From contig JAURXY010000027.1 of assembly GCA_030654225.1 (NCBI GenBank), forward strand, positions 1-58,980: DNA of 58,980 nt. The letters are read 5' to 3'. The notes beneath the pieces are model-generated. The model was not told the origin of the DNA, made no database searches, and saw only the letters and a list, made by a program, of their open reading frames with translations. Source of the DNA: a bacterium. GTDB taxonomy: Bacteria; Patescibacteriota; Minisyncoccia; Moranbacterales; UBA2206. The translations under genes and the position numbers were made by a program. Position 1 is the first letter of the stretch; each line of letters opens with the position of its first letter. Positions 24,315 to 34,097 of this stretch are shown in pieces.

Positions 24315-27300
24315 TTAAACTTGCTCTAAATTCTGTTCTTCTTTTTCATCCTCATCAGCCTTTGCTCCCATAAGTTCTACATTCATTCCCAAACCTTTAA
24401 GTTCGCTCACAAGCACATGGAAAGAGGCTGGTATATTTGGACTCTTTATCATTTCACCTTTGATAATTGACTCATAAGCTTTGCTTCGTCCCATCACATC
24501 ATCAGATTTAATTGTGAGCATTTCTTGCAAAGTATAAGCGGCGCCATAACCTTCCAAAGCCCAAACTTCCATTTCTCCAAATCTCTGTCCACCAAACTGA
24601 GCTTTTCCACCCAATGGTTGTTGAGTGATCAAAGAGTACGGTCCGATTGAACGCATATGAATCTTGTCGTCCACTAAATGATGGAGCTTCATAACATACA
24701 TCACACCCACTGTTGATTCATTGTCAAATTTTTCACCTGTTCTTCCATTAATGAGTTGTGATTTTCCATGTTTTGGTAGTCCGGCCTTTTCCAGCTCCAT
24801 TTCAATTTGTTCTTCAGTTACGCCTTCAAGCGCTGGAGTAGCGGCCTTATAACCTAATTTCAAAGCTGCCCAACCAAGATGAGTTTCCAAAATTTGTCCA
24901 ATATTCATACGACTAGCCACACCAAGAGGATTAATAATCATATCCACTGGAGTTCCGTCTAATAGATAAGGCATATCTTCTACAGGAGCTACGCGAGAAA
25001 TCACGCCCTTGTTTCCGTGACGTCCAGCTAATTTGTCTCCCACTGAAATTTTCTTGAGTTGCGCAACAGACACTTGAATTTGCTCTATCACTCCAGTTGG
25101 AAGCTTATCGCCTTGTTCTCGCGAAAATATTTTTATATCCACTACTTTGCCGTATTCTCCATGTGGTAAGTAAAGTGAACTATCTTTGACATCTCGAGAT
25201 TTTTCTCCAAAAATTGCGCGAAGCAATCGTTCTTCTGATGTCAAATCACCTTCACCTTTTGGAGAAATTTTTCCGACTAAAATATCGCTAGAAGAAACTT
25301 CTGCGCCAATTCGAATTATTCCAGTTTCGTCCAAATTCTTAAGTCTTTCTTCTCCGATATTTGGAATGTCGCGAGTTATTATCTCGGGTCCGAGTTTTGT
25401 GTCGCGAACATCAATAGAAAAATCTTCAATATGAATTGAACTATAACGGTCATCTTCGACTAATTTTTGTGAAATAATAATTGCATCTTCGTAGTTGGAA
25501 CCTTCCCAAGGGATAAACGCCACTACTACATTTTGACCTAAGGATAATTCCCCTTGATCAGTAGAAGCACCGTCCGCTAAAAGTTGTCCCTTTTTCACCA
25601 GCTGACCTTTCTCCACGCGGGGAACCTGATTCATAGAAGTGAAGGCATTTGATTTTACAAAAGTTTGCAATCGATATTCTCTTTTCAAATATGGTTTTTT
25701 TGCTGCTGCCGGAGCTTCTTCTTTGACGATAATATGATCTCCATCAACTTCGATAATTTCTCCATCAGCCTTGGCGATTACCACTTGTCCGGAGTCTGCT
25801 GCCGCCTTGTCTTCAATTCCAGTGCCCACGAGAGGAGCTTGTGGCTTTACGCAAGAAACAGCTTGACGTTGCATATTAGAACCCATCAATGCTCGGTTGG
25901 CATCATCGTGTTCCAAGAAAGGAATAAGGGCAGTTGCCACTGAAATACATTGCTTGGCACTCACGTCAATATAATCTAGTTTTGTTGCTTCGATTTCTGT
26001 GGCTTGACCTTTCACTCTCGCTCCCACCACTTCGTCCAAAATATTTCCACTCTTAGAAATATTAATTCCGGCGTGAGCAATATTTTTTCGGTCTTCCACT
26101 GTTGCATTGACATATTCAATTTCTCGACTGATCCACGGTTTGATTTTGATCGTTTTCTTTTCTTTGCTTTTAGCAATTTTTTCTGCTGAATCAGATGAAA
26201 TTTCTGTCCCTATTTCAAATTCACCTACTTTTTCATTCAAAATTTTTCCAACAAGTTTTTCCGCTTGATTTTCTATTTCGTGATAAATTTTGAGGTACGG
26301 TGTTTCCAAAAAGCCATAAGAATTTATCTTAGTATAAGTAGCTAAATGACCAACAAGACCAATGTTTGGTCCTTCTGGAGTTTCTACTGGACAAATTCGG
26401 CCATAATGTGAAGGATGAACATCTCGCACTTCAAAACCAGCGCGTTCTCGAGTGAGCCCTCCTGGTCCCATCGCACTGATACGTCTTTTGTGTTCCAACT
26501 CAGCTAATGGATTAACTTGGTCCATAAATTGAGATAACTGTGAACTAGAAAAAAACTCTTTGATTGAGGCAGCCACTGGGCGAGAATTGACAAGTTGTCC
26601 TGGTACTACGGTCAAAATATCGCAAGTACTCATGCGATCCTTGATGTTTCGGGCAGTTCTCGTTAGTCCCACTCGTAATTTGTTTTGCACTAATTCACCC
26701 ACTGAGCGCACTCGTCTGTTTCCAAGATGGTCGATATCATCAGCAATCGCTCGCGGATCATTGTTTAGTCGAATAATTTCTTTGATTATCAAAATCAAAT
26801 CCTCCAGCATCAAAACTCGATTTTCTTCATTGTCAGGACGATTAACTTCCAATCTTTGATTCAAGCGATATCTTCCCACTCCACCAAAGTCATATTTGTC
26901 AAAACTGAAAAACATTGAATCCACCACTGATTTAGCATTTGATTCAGTGGCTAAATCACCCGGACGAATTCTTTTGTATACTTCCTTGTATCCTTCTCCT
27001 TGATTTTTCGCCACATCCTTGGCAATTGTTGCTTCGATGTGATTTATTTCTCCATTATCAGCACCTTTAAATATATTCAAAAGTTCCTTGTCAGTTGAAT
27101 AGCCAAAAGCTCGCAGGAGTGAAGTGATAGCCACTTTTCTTTTGCGATCGATTTTGACAAAAATCGCACCATCCAAATCAGTTTCGATTTCCAGCCAAGC
27201 TCCACGATTTGGGATAATTTTCGCGCCAAAAAGCTTCTTGCCTTTGGTATAAGCCATAGTGAAAAACACACCAGGGCTACGAATTATCTGGCTAACTACC

Positions 27301-27740
27301 ACTCTTTCTACTCCATTTATGATAAAAGTTCCTCGATCGGTCATGAGGGGAAAATCGCCGAGATAAATTTCTTGTTCCTTGATTTCTCCTGTACTTTTGA
27401 TGATAAGTTGGACTTTGCAACGCAATGGAGCCTCAAAAGAGATATTTTTATTCTTGGCCGTCACTTCGTCATATTTGGGCTCGTCTAAATAGTATTCTTT
27501 AAAAGAAAGCTCTAGATCTTTTTCGGTAAAGTCGCGAATTGGATTAACTTCATCTAAAATTTCTCGGAGGCCTTTTTCTATGAACCATTCGTATGAGTTA
27601 ACTTGAGATTCGATCAGGTTTGGGAGAGAAACCATAGAAATATCTCTAAAAAATTTCCTTTTCGAGAGTGAAGATCCCGACCCGAAAGATGTTTTAACTT
27701 CCAGTTTTTTGTCAACTTTAGCCATAGAAATAACGCTCAT
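24315..27740 (-). CDS. rpoB: DNA-directed RNA polymerase subunit beta
   Basis: GRHGNKGVISRV, GGQRFGEMEVWALEGYGAAYTLQE and related motifs. Confidence 0.98.
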   Translation of the reverse strand: MSVISMAKVDKKLEVKTSFGSGSSLSKRKFFRDISMVSLPNLIESQVNSYEWFIEKGLREILDEVNPIRDFTEKDLELSFKEYYLDEPKYDEVTAKNKNISFEAPLRCKVQLIIKSTGEIKEQEIYLGDFPLMTDRGTFIINGVERVVVSQIIRSPGVFFTMAYTKGKKLFGAKIIPNRGAWLEIETDLDGAIFVKIDRKRKVAITSLLRAFGYSTDKELLNIFKGADNGEINHIEATIAKDVAKNQGEGYKEVYKRIRPGDLATESNAKSVVDSMFFSFDKYDFGGVGRYRLNQRLEVNRPDNEENRVLMLEDLILIIKEIIRLNNDPRAIADDIDHLGNRRVRSVGELVQNKLRVGLTRTARNIKDRMSTCDILTVVPGQLVNSRPVAASIKEFFSSSQLSQFMDQVNPLAELEHKRRISAMGPGGLTRERAGFEVRDVHPSHYGRICPVETPEGPNIGLVGHLATYTKINSYGFLETPYLKIYHEIENQAEKLVGKILNEKVGEFEIGTEISSDSAEKIAKSKEKKTIKIKPWISREIEYVNATVEDRKNIAHAGINISKSGNILDEVVGARVKGQATEIEATKLDYIDVSAKQCISVATALIPFLEHDDANRALMGSNMQRQAVSCVKPQAPLVGTGIEDKAAADSGQVVIAKADGEIIEVDGDHIIVKEEAPAAAKKPYLKREYRLQTFVKSNAFTSMNQVPRVEKGQLVKKGQLLADGASTDQGELSLGQNVVVAFIPWEGSNYEDAIIISQKLVEDDRYSSIHIEDFSIDVRDTKLGPEIITRDIPNIGEERLKNLDETGIIRIGAEVSSSDILVGKISPKGEGDLTSEERLLRAIFGEKSRDVKDSSLYLPHGEYGKVVDIKIFSREQGDKLPTGVIEQIQVSVAQLKKISVGDKLAGRHGNKGVISRVAPVEDMPYLLDGTPVDMIINPLGVASRMNIGQILETHLGWAALKLGYKAATPALEGVTEEQIEMELEKAGLPKHGKSQLINGRTGEKFDNESTVGVMYVMKLHHLVDDKIHMRSIGPYSLITQQPLGGKAQFGGQRFGEMEVWALEGYGAAYTLQEMLTIKSDDVMGRSKAYESIIKGEMIKSPNIPASFHVLVSELKGLGMNVELMGAKADEDEKEEQNLEQV

Positions 27741-28087
27741 TTCCGGCTTTTTTTTCTGGGAACGTTCAGAAATAAAGCTTTTACATGAGTTATGTTAAAA
27801 GTATTAAGTTATTTATTTTTTTATCACCCTAAGTAAAATAAAACGAATTTTCTAAATAAAAATGTATCGTGAAAACATTATACATTGAAACAAAAACAAT
27901 TGCAAGTGCCTTGCAGTCCATTTCCACCCGATTTTAGTTTTTTTGTCTTTATTCCTGCCGTTTCTGCTATCTTTCTGATTTGTATTCTTATCTTATCAGA
28001 GGAATGAAAAGTTGTCAACTTGACAGATTATTTTTATAAAAAGAAGGGATGTTTTTTAAACATCCCTCTAGTGTTGTTTGCTTGTTT

Positions 28088-28405
28088 TCAAGCATTTTTG
28101 ACTAATTTCCCATGTTTTCGGATTGTCTCCTTCGCCAACTGTTGAATCATCTTCTGCTCGTTGTCCGAAGCTAAATGAAAAGGGTTTTGCCATTCAGCAT
28201 GCATAGCCACCAGCTTCAGTGGAACAATTTGATTTTCATTGAAGAAAAGAGAATCCAACACTTTTGCGAAACGAGTGTTTTTTATAGCACTCAAAGTAAG
28301 GGGATTCTTTTCTGTATAGCGAATTGATATGCCGATATATACGATACCAACAATCGAACAAACCAATCCTACCCAGGGAGAAAAACAGAAAAAATTGTCA
28401 ATCAT
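28088..28405 (-). CDS. hypothetical membrane protein (105 aa)
   Basis: AAGGAGGGTATT precedes the ATG at 28405. The track start 28429 lacks an RBS. One TM helix, followed by a terminator at 28031-28067. Confidence 0.5.
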   Translation of the reverse strand: MIDNFFCFSPWVGLVCSIVGIVYIGISIRYTEKNPLTLSAIKNTRFAKVLDSLFFNENQIVPLKLVAMHAEWQNPFHLASDNEQKMIQQLAKETIRKHGKLVKNA

Positions 28406-28431
28406 AATACCCTCCTTCATAATTACCATTT

Positions 28432-28749
28432 TTATTGAGCTGAGAAAGAACTAGCTGGAGGAACTCCAAGATATGCTAAAATATTTATAGTGCCTTTCAG
28501 TTGGGCTACTGTTTTAGCATAAGAGTCTATCAGCTCTTGGCTCGTCTTCCCTTGTGAGCTTTTAATGGCCGCCTGATAAAAAAGATTTGTTTCTATCTGA
28601 AAGATTTCCAGAAATCGTTCTGGTATTTTTTCTTCATATCGGAAAAGTTCCCAAAGCTTTTCCGGTAGCCCTCCCTCATCGCTACAAACGTAATTTATCA
28701 ACAATTTGTTTATCTCCTGTGGTTCAAAAACATTCGTCTGTTTTTTCAT
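28432..28749 (-). CDS. hypothetical protein (105 aa)
   Basis: GGAAGGAGGATGTA precedes the ATG. Confidence 0.5.
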   Translation of the reverse strand: MKKQTNVFEPQEINKLLINYVCSDEGGLPEKLWELFRYEEKIPERFLEIFQIETNLFYQAAIKSSQGKTSQELIDSYAKTVAQLKGTINILAYLGVPPASSFSAQ

Positions 28750-29023
28750 TACATCCTCCTTCCTTTATTGTTTTGAAACCTAAGTTAAATAAATCTCCAG
28801 GGGCATAATAATAAGTAATGTCATCCTCTTTTGTATACCAAATCACTTCTTGCCCAAAAAATTTACCGCATCTTGTCGCGGAAGCAACCCCAGCGATTCT
28901 TACTTTTTCTCCGAAACAAGAAATCAATGTATCCCCGACAAATACATGGGAAAGTCCCATTGTTTTATCGCTTGAAGCATCAATGCTTATCTTTCCGCTG
29001 TGTGCTCTAACTTCTATTTTCAT
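28724..29023 (-). CDS. hypothetical protein (99 aa)
   Basis: TGGGAGGTGTT precedes the ATG at 29023. The track start is 29086. Confidence 0.45.
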   Translation of the reverse strand: MKIEVRAHSGKISIDASSDKTMGLSHVFVGDTLISCFGEKVRIAGVASATRCGKFFGQEVIWYTKEDDITYYYAPGDLFNLGFKTIKEGGCNEKTDECF

Positions 29024-29179
29024 AACACCTCCCATTTTATTATTAATAGATTTATCTTTATCTATTGTTTGTATAAAGTACTTCAAATCAGTCTAATATA
29101 TAATAAATTATTAGTCAAACAAAACAGCCCTAAAGCGGTTTTGTGAATTTTTCAATTTTCAACACCAATTTTCCAAACA

Positions 29180-29262
29180 CCTTTTTCATATTTTTCACGG
29201 TTTTGTTAATATAACCGTGAAAATGCATGCCTTTTTGATGCTTTTTCACGGTTTTGAGTATA
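29180..29262. repeat. iteron/operator-like repeats TTTTTCACGGTTTTG
   Basis: Direct copies at 29191-29205 and 29243-29256, each preceded by CCTTTTT(C/G)AT. An inverted core AACCGTGAAAA lies at 29213-29223. Confidence 0.7.
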
Positions 29263-29374
29263 TTCCTCCAATCTAAAACATTTTTCAATAAATCAAAACC
29301 ACTATTGAAACATTTTTTGGTGTTTTTATTCTTTTAATTATTTCAATCTCTTTCTATCTTTCAACGACAAGAAA

Positions 29375-30262
29375 TTATTTCAAAAGTTTTTGAATATCTT
29401 CCTGACTAAACTCTTTTCTATAATCAATTAGCTTCGGATGTTTGATTCTTCGCAGTTCTTCGTCATAAGTTGCCATAATGTTTCTTGCTCTTCTTTGATA
29501 GACTAGCCAATTTTTCGTAGAAGAAAAGTTGTTAAATTTCCTAAGGAATTCTTCTTGCGTCAACATTCTGCCTAATTTTTTGAATTCTTCTTCAATTTCT
29601 CCTGCCAATCCAGTTTCAAAAGCACCAATGGTCAATAATATCTCTTCATACATATAATTTCGGGTGAAATCTTTTTTAGCTAAATCTAAAAGTTTTCTAT
29701 ATTCCTTAGCGTTTTCTAGGAACAAAAAATCATATAGCATGTCCGTATAAGTCCCATAGTTTTTCACCGCCACAAAATCCTTTATGCAATCAGTAAAATC
29801 TCTGCGATATTCTTTTGTTTCTTCTCGCGTTTCAAAAAACTGACTCGTCAATTGATTGATAAATTTCGGATCCATCGTCGCAATCCTCATTACTTTCTTG
29901 AAATCATTTTCCACTCGAATGAAGTACTTTCTAACCATTTTTCCTTTTTCGTTATTCTCCAGCATTGCCAGTTCTTTTGCCATATCAATTGAAATAATAT
30001 ACTCTCTGGCTAAAATTTTTCCACTTTTAGGGTCAATGGCTTTTACCTTATTTAAGCCACTAAATCCATCGCCAAATTTGGCGAAGGCTACAAAAAAATC
30101 CAAATCTTCCACAAAACCATACTTTCCAATCCTATCTTTTATCCAGTTAGAAAAATCCCTACCTACACCCAACCATTTATACAATTCCCTAGCATTCACA
30201 AATCTTTTCTTTTCACCATTGAAATCTTTTTGAATTACTTTTATGTTTATTAATTCATTCAT
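29375..30262 (-). CDS. AntA/AntB-type antirepressor-domain protein (phage-associated family)
   Basis: NARELYKWLGVGRDFSNWIKDRIGKYGFVEDLDF matches the AntA N-terminal domain pattern. Confidence 0.7.
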   Translation of the reverse strand: MNELINIKVIQKDFNGEKKRFVNARELYKWLGVGRDFSNWIKDRIGKYGFVEDLDFFVAFAKFGDGFSGLNKVKAIDPKSGKILAREYIISIDMAKELAMLENNEKGKMVRKYFIRVENDFKKVMRIATMDPKFINQLTSQFFETREETKEYRRDFTDCIKDFVAVKNYGTYTDMLYDFLFLENAKEYRKLLDLAKKDFTRNYMYEEILLTIGAFETGLAGEIEEEFKKLGRMLTQEEFLRKFNNFSSTKNWLVYQRRARNIMATYDEELRRIKHPKLIDYRKEFSQEDIQKLLK

Positions 30263-30560
30263 ATTTTTTTTGTTTTATTTTATTTAAATTTTTGGGCGTA
30301 ACATCAATAAATTCAAAACTATTCATAAAAAACCATTCCAACGGATTGAGGAGCTCTTTGCATAGAGGGCAAACATAATCAACATTGCCAATTTGAATTG
30401 CATTTTTATAATCATGTTCACACATAATTTCTCTTGGTTTTTTTTCTTTTATTAAGTTTTTTGTTTTGCTTTGACATAATGATATTATATCACCATATCC
30501 AATTTTGGCAAGTTTTGACCTGTGGATAACTATTCTTTGTTTTTTAGATTCCAATTCCAC
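30255..30560 (-). CDS. hypothetical protein with a C..H...CPLC zinc-ribbon-like motif
   Basis: ORF track. Overlaps both neighbours, and the true start may be the internal Met at 30425. Confidence 0.4.
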   Translation of the reverse strand: MELESKKQRIVIHRSKLAKIGYGDIISLCQSKTKNLIKEKKPREIMCEHDYKNAIQIGNVDYVCPLCKELLNPLEWFFMNSFEFIDVTPKNLNKIKQKKYE

Positions 30561-30808
30561 GCGTTGGCCACTGATTTGGCGATGCGGGTGGTGGTGAAAT
30601 TGTCTTCTTGATCGCTGTCCACGGTCACTTTTTCGATATCCTCAAGCTTTAGTTTATTTTTTCGAAGAAGTTGATCAATTTCCGGCAAAAGCTTTTCAGA
30701 AAGACTATGTTCTTCGACAATATCCAAAAAATCCACTTCTTTTTTGTTTTGAAGCAGTATTATGCTAATTTTTCGCTCCTGAATTTTAATTATAATTTCC
30801 ATATTCAA
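30530..30808 (-). CDS. short TsaB/YeaZ-N-terminal-like protein (degenerate)
   Basis: I.I....ISIILL......D......HSLSEKLLPEIDQLL....L...DIEKVTV......FTTTRIAKSVANA follows the TsaB N-domain pattern but is only 92 aa. Confidence 0.35.
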   Translation of the reverse strand: MNMEIIIKIQERKISIILLQNKKEVDFLDIVEEHSLSEKLLPEIDQLLRKNKLKLEDIEKVTVDSDQEDNFTTTRIAKSVANAWNWNLKNKE

Positions 30809-30890
30809 ATCATCTCACAAAAAAAACAAAAAAACAATCCCGAGCGCTCGGGATTGCTTTCCATGCAAAGTTTGCATATTTGACGAAAAA

Positions 30891-31286
30891 TTATCTATTG
30901 CAATTTGCTCCTCTACCCATTCCACGGCCTTGTCCATCTCCATTTCTGAGTCCCAATCCTAATTCAGCTCTGATTTTTTTCGCTTCCTCTGTCTTTCCTT
31001 CTAGCGCCAGCTTATGCGCCTCGGCAAAGCGAGAAAAATTTCCTTCATTTATAACTTGGGTCGCTCGTCCTCTGCCAGCCATTAGCTCCTTCCATGCGTT
31101 ATAGTCATTGTTTTCAAAGGCCTTAGTCATAGCATCATGACGCTCAGTTGTATAATTTGGACCTTTAACATTCGGATCGCCTTGATAGGCACTAGCATAA
31201 AGCGCTGAACCAACTAGACCGGCAGTAGCCACTAGCATACTTGTTCCTATTAGAAATTTTTTGCTTAGATATTTTTTAGCTTCCAT
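30891..31286 (-). CDS. secreted/anchored small protein with a Gly/Arg-rich C-terminus
   Basis: N-terminal signal/anchor. Third gene of the ECF sigma operon. Confidence 0.5.
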   Translation of the reverse strand: MEAKKYLSKKFLIGTSMLVATAGLVGSALYASAYQGDPNVKGPNYTTERHDAMTKAFENNDYNAWKELMAGRGRATQVINEGNFSRFAEAHKLALEGKTEEAKKIRAELGLGLRNGDGQGRGMGRGANCNR

Positions 31287-31386
31287 AATTTTTAAGTTTA
31301 ATTATTAACGATAGAAGTGATCAGCTTCTTGAGAAAATTTCTCTCGACTTATCTTACTACGCAACCTTCCTATTTTTTCTTTCAAC

Positions 31387-32103
31387 TTACTTCTCTCGAT
31401 GCATTTGTCTGCCATTCCAAGGCCTAATTTCTTGAGCTCTAAATTTGCGCCCCTCTTCCTTTTCACCAATTATCTTCACTTTCTCACCAATCTCTTTTTT
31501 CACCCTAGGACGAACAAGCGCCTGAGAATAATCTACTTCCCAAACTTCCCCATCCCAATCTCTAAGATATATTTTTTCTTTTTCATTTTTATTTTCAACT
31601 ATCTCTCCAGAAATAAGGCCTTCCTCAGGCTGAGACCAAACTTTTTCCGGAGTTCTCACAATCTGACTATACGCGGAAAAATTTTTGTTCATATAACCTT
31701 CCATATTATCAGAAAAATTAAGTTTATATAGAATAGCTCCAAAAATTATTATCGCTAAAATAAATATCCCGCCCACATATGTTGTTTTATATTTATATCC
31801 ACGGCGAGTTTTGGCAAATTCTACTATCGCTAAAATTGCAAAAAATATCAAAAGAATAATCCAAATGAAAGGTAAACTTAAAAACAAAATTCCCATTCCA
31901 TGCGGACGACCCACGATTTTTCCCACTTCAAATTGGGAAAAAATACTAAAAATTATCCCCAGAGAAAATGCTCCGGCGAACACAAAAAATATTAGTAGCG
32001 CTATCACAACAGCACGACAAAGCCAAAAATTCCATCTTGATTTGGGGGAAATTTTTTCCTGCTTTATTTTTTCCAATACTTTTTGACTTATTGACTTTTC
32101 CAT
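31387..32103 (-). CDS. membrane protein, candidate anti-sigma factor
   Basis: Four TM helices, starting 4 nt after the ECF sigma stop. Confidence 0.45.
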   Translation of the reverse strand: MEKSISQKVLEKIKQEKISPKSRWNFWLCRAVVIALLIFFVFAGAFSLGIIFSIFSQFEVGKIVGRPHGMGILFLSLPFIWIILLIFFAILAIVEFAKTRRGYKYKTTYVGGIFILAIIIFGAILYKLNFSDNMEGYMNKNFSAYSQIVRTPEKVWSQPEEGLISGEIVENKNEKEKIYLRDWDGEVWEVDYSQALVRPRVKKEIGEKVKIIGEKEEGRKFRAQEIRPWNGRQMHREK

Positions 32104-32106
32104 ATA

Positions 32107-32691
32107 CTAAAACTTAAAATTATTTTTCCCCAATTCATTTTTCAATTCTTTTTTTGCCCGATTGAGCAGCGTGCCAATTGTGCCAACCGGTTTTTTCAAA
32201 ATATCACTAATTTCATTATAATCCTTATCTTCCATAAACCGAAGCATCAAAACTTCTCGATAATCTATTCTTATTTGCGAGAGAATTTTTCCGATGATTT
32301 TCGCCATATCTTTCGCCTCTATTTTTTTTGCCAAATCACCTTCTGCCTCAAGCATATTTTTGAAATTTTCATCCGCATCAAAAGAAACTACTGTCTGCAT
32401 ATTTTTGTTTTTTCGCCAAAAACTTATCACATGATTTCTGGCAATCCGGTAGAGCCACGAAGAAAATTTCAAACTTTCATCAAAATCATTTATATTTTCA
32501 TACGCTTTCAAAAAAATTTCCTGTCCCAAATCCTCAATTGTTTCTTTGGGTAAATTACTGATGCGTCTGATATAACGCAAAATTTTGCTTTCATAACGCT
32601 CCATTAGGAGATAATAAAAATCAGGATTGTTGGCAACCAATCCTGCTAATTCTTCATCACTTTTATTTTTGAAATTTTCTTTTTCTTGCAT
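32107..32691 (-). CDS. ECF-type sigma-70 family RNA polymerase sigma factor
   Basis: Region 2 (LGQEIFLKAYENINDFD....FSSWLYRIARNHVISFWRK) and region 4 (YREVLMLRFMEDKDYNEISDILKKPVGTIGTLLNRAKKEL). Confidence 0.9.
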   Translation of the reverse strand: MQEKENFKNKSDEELAGLVANNPDFYYLLMERYESKILRYIRRISNLPKETIEDLGQEIFLKAYENINDFDESLKFSSWLYRIARNHVISFWRKNKNMQTVVSFDADENFKNMLEAEGDLAKKIEAKDMAKIIGKILSQIRIDYREVLMLRFMEDKDYNEISDILKKPVGTIGTLLNRAKKELKNELGKNNFKF

Positions 32692-32738
32692 TCCTTGCGC
32701 TTAGAAATTTAGACTAGTTCTTTCTCTCTCTCCTTTAC

Positions 32739-32765
32739 TACGCAAAAAAGCTCAAAAATATTTCA
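32739..32765 (-). promoter_or_regulatory. possible ECF-type autoregulated promoter
   Basis: TGAAAT 32760-32765, N17, CGTA 32739-32742 on the minus strand. Confidence 0.3.
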
Positions 32766-32985
32766 AACTTGCGAAATGTGTTTTTGTATTTTTCCCCACC
32801 CCATAAAATAAAGAATTATAAATTGAGATTTTTTGAGCGTTAAGAAATTCCTCATCTTCTCCCGATGTACTCATCGGGACTAGGAATTTTAGCGAAAAAA
32901 TCGAAAATTTATTTCTTTATTTTATTCGGGTGGCCTTTTTCTTTTTTGCCACTTTTCTTTTGGGAAAAGAAAAATGGCGAAGAGC

Positions 32986-33717
32986 CTATTTTATTTTTTC
33001 AAAATCAAAATTCCAAGGATCATCTTTTCTGCCGGGGGCAATGTCGTCATGCCCCAAAACATACTTAATTTTATATTCTTTCTTAAGATAAGCTAATAAA
33101 TTATTGAGTGCGCCGTATTGTGCATCATTAGGCTTTTCTGATTTAGTGTTTACTATTTCAATTCCAATTGAAAAATTATTCACCCCCGCTCTCCCATCTG
33201 GAACTTTCGACTCTCCCGCATGATAGGCAATGTTTTTGTCCTCGACTAAGCGATATATCTTCCCGTCACGAGAAATGATGTAGTGAGGCGAAACGCCATA
33301 TGGCTTATATTCTTTGTAAATTATATCATCTAAATCATGCACATCCTTACCAACAGCATTGTACGATGAATGAATGATGATTGTGTCAATTTTTCTAGTA
33401 CCTGAAACAGAAAATCCCCAATCCGCTAATTTATTGATTATTTTCGGCTCATCTATATTTTTCACAATTTCTTCTTTTGGCTTTTCGACAATTTCAGTGT
33501 TCGGAGCAACTGCCACATCCTCTTCTGTCTCACTTGATATTTCAACTTTTTTTTCGTCGTTTTGTATATTTTCTACATTATCTTGCGTTTCTTCCACGTT
33601 TTCTGTTTCATTTTTTTCCAGATTTATTTCGGTTTTTTTTGAATTTGTAAAATTGCAACCGCTCAAAAAAAGCATCGCCATAATTATCCCTACTGTTTTG
33701 CCAAAATTATTTATCAT
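32986..33717 (-). CDS. N-acetylmuramoyl-L-alanine amidase (amidase_2/PGRP type) lipoprotein
   Basis: LSGC lipobox, IIIHSS...SPHYIISRDG.IY.LV....AYHAG, GIEIVN, and HDDIAPGRKDDP. Confidence 0.85.
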   Translation of the reverse strand: MINNFGKTVGIIMAMLFLSGCNFTNSKKTEINLEKNETENVEETQDNVENIQNDEKKVEISSETEEDVAVAPNTEIVEKPKEEIVKNIDEPKIINKLADWGFSVSGTRKIDTIIIHSSYNAVGKDVHDLDDIIYKEYKPYGVSPHYIISRDGKIYRLVEDKNIAYHAGESKVPDGRAGVNNFSIGIEIVNTKSEKPNDAQYGALNNLLAYLKKEYKIKYVLGHDDIAPGRKDDPWNFDFEKIK

Positions 33718-33774
33718 ATTCCAATTCTATCATATAAAATAAAAACGCCCCAGCTTATCCTGAGGCAATTATTT

Positions 33775-33933
33775 TCATTTTTCTTCGACACTGATTATTT
33801 TTTTCTCCAGTTTCTTAATTTCATCTTCTGCTTTATCATAATCGTCCCAATCTTCACCATTGAGACAATCTTTCTGAAAAAGCACTAGTGCTTCCAGTTT
33901 TCTTAGCTGTGTTGTTTTTTCTTCTTGTGTCAT
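33775..33933 (-). CDS. 52-aa hypothetical helical protein
   Basis: Hand-translated as MTQEEKTTQLRKLEALVLFQKDCLNGEDWDDYDKAEDEIKKLEKKIISVEEK. Below the track cutoff. Confidence 0.3.
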   Translation of the reverse strand: MTQEEKTTQLRKLEALVLFQKDCLNGEDWDDYDKAEDEIKKLEKKIISVEEK

Positions 33934-34097
33934 AAAACGCAAAATTTAAAAATAAAAAAATACCTTATTATTAGCAGATAATAAAATATATTCGTGAATT
34001 TCCTCCTTAATAAATTAAAATGCAACCTAAATAGTATACTCCTAAAAAACGGTTTTGTCAATCTAAATTTTTTCAAATTACATGCTATAATAAATTT

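Noticed and set aside
20692-27271. Many 60-176-aa ORFs antisense to rpoC and rpoB
   Set aside because: These are shadow ORFs inside very highly conserved genes. Their composition is low-complexity Ser/Phe/Leu-rich and they have no initiation signals.
28088-30808. Calling this island a prophage
   Set aside because: Only an AntA-type domain is phage-associated. There is no integrase, capsid, portal, terminase, att-like flanking repeat or adjacent tRNA.
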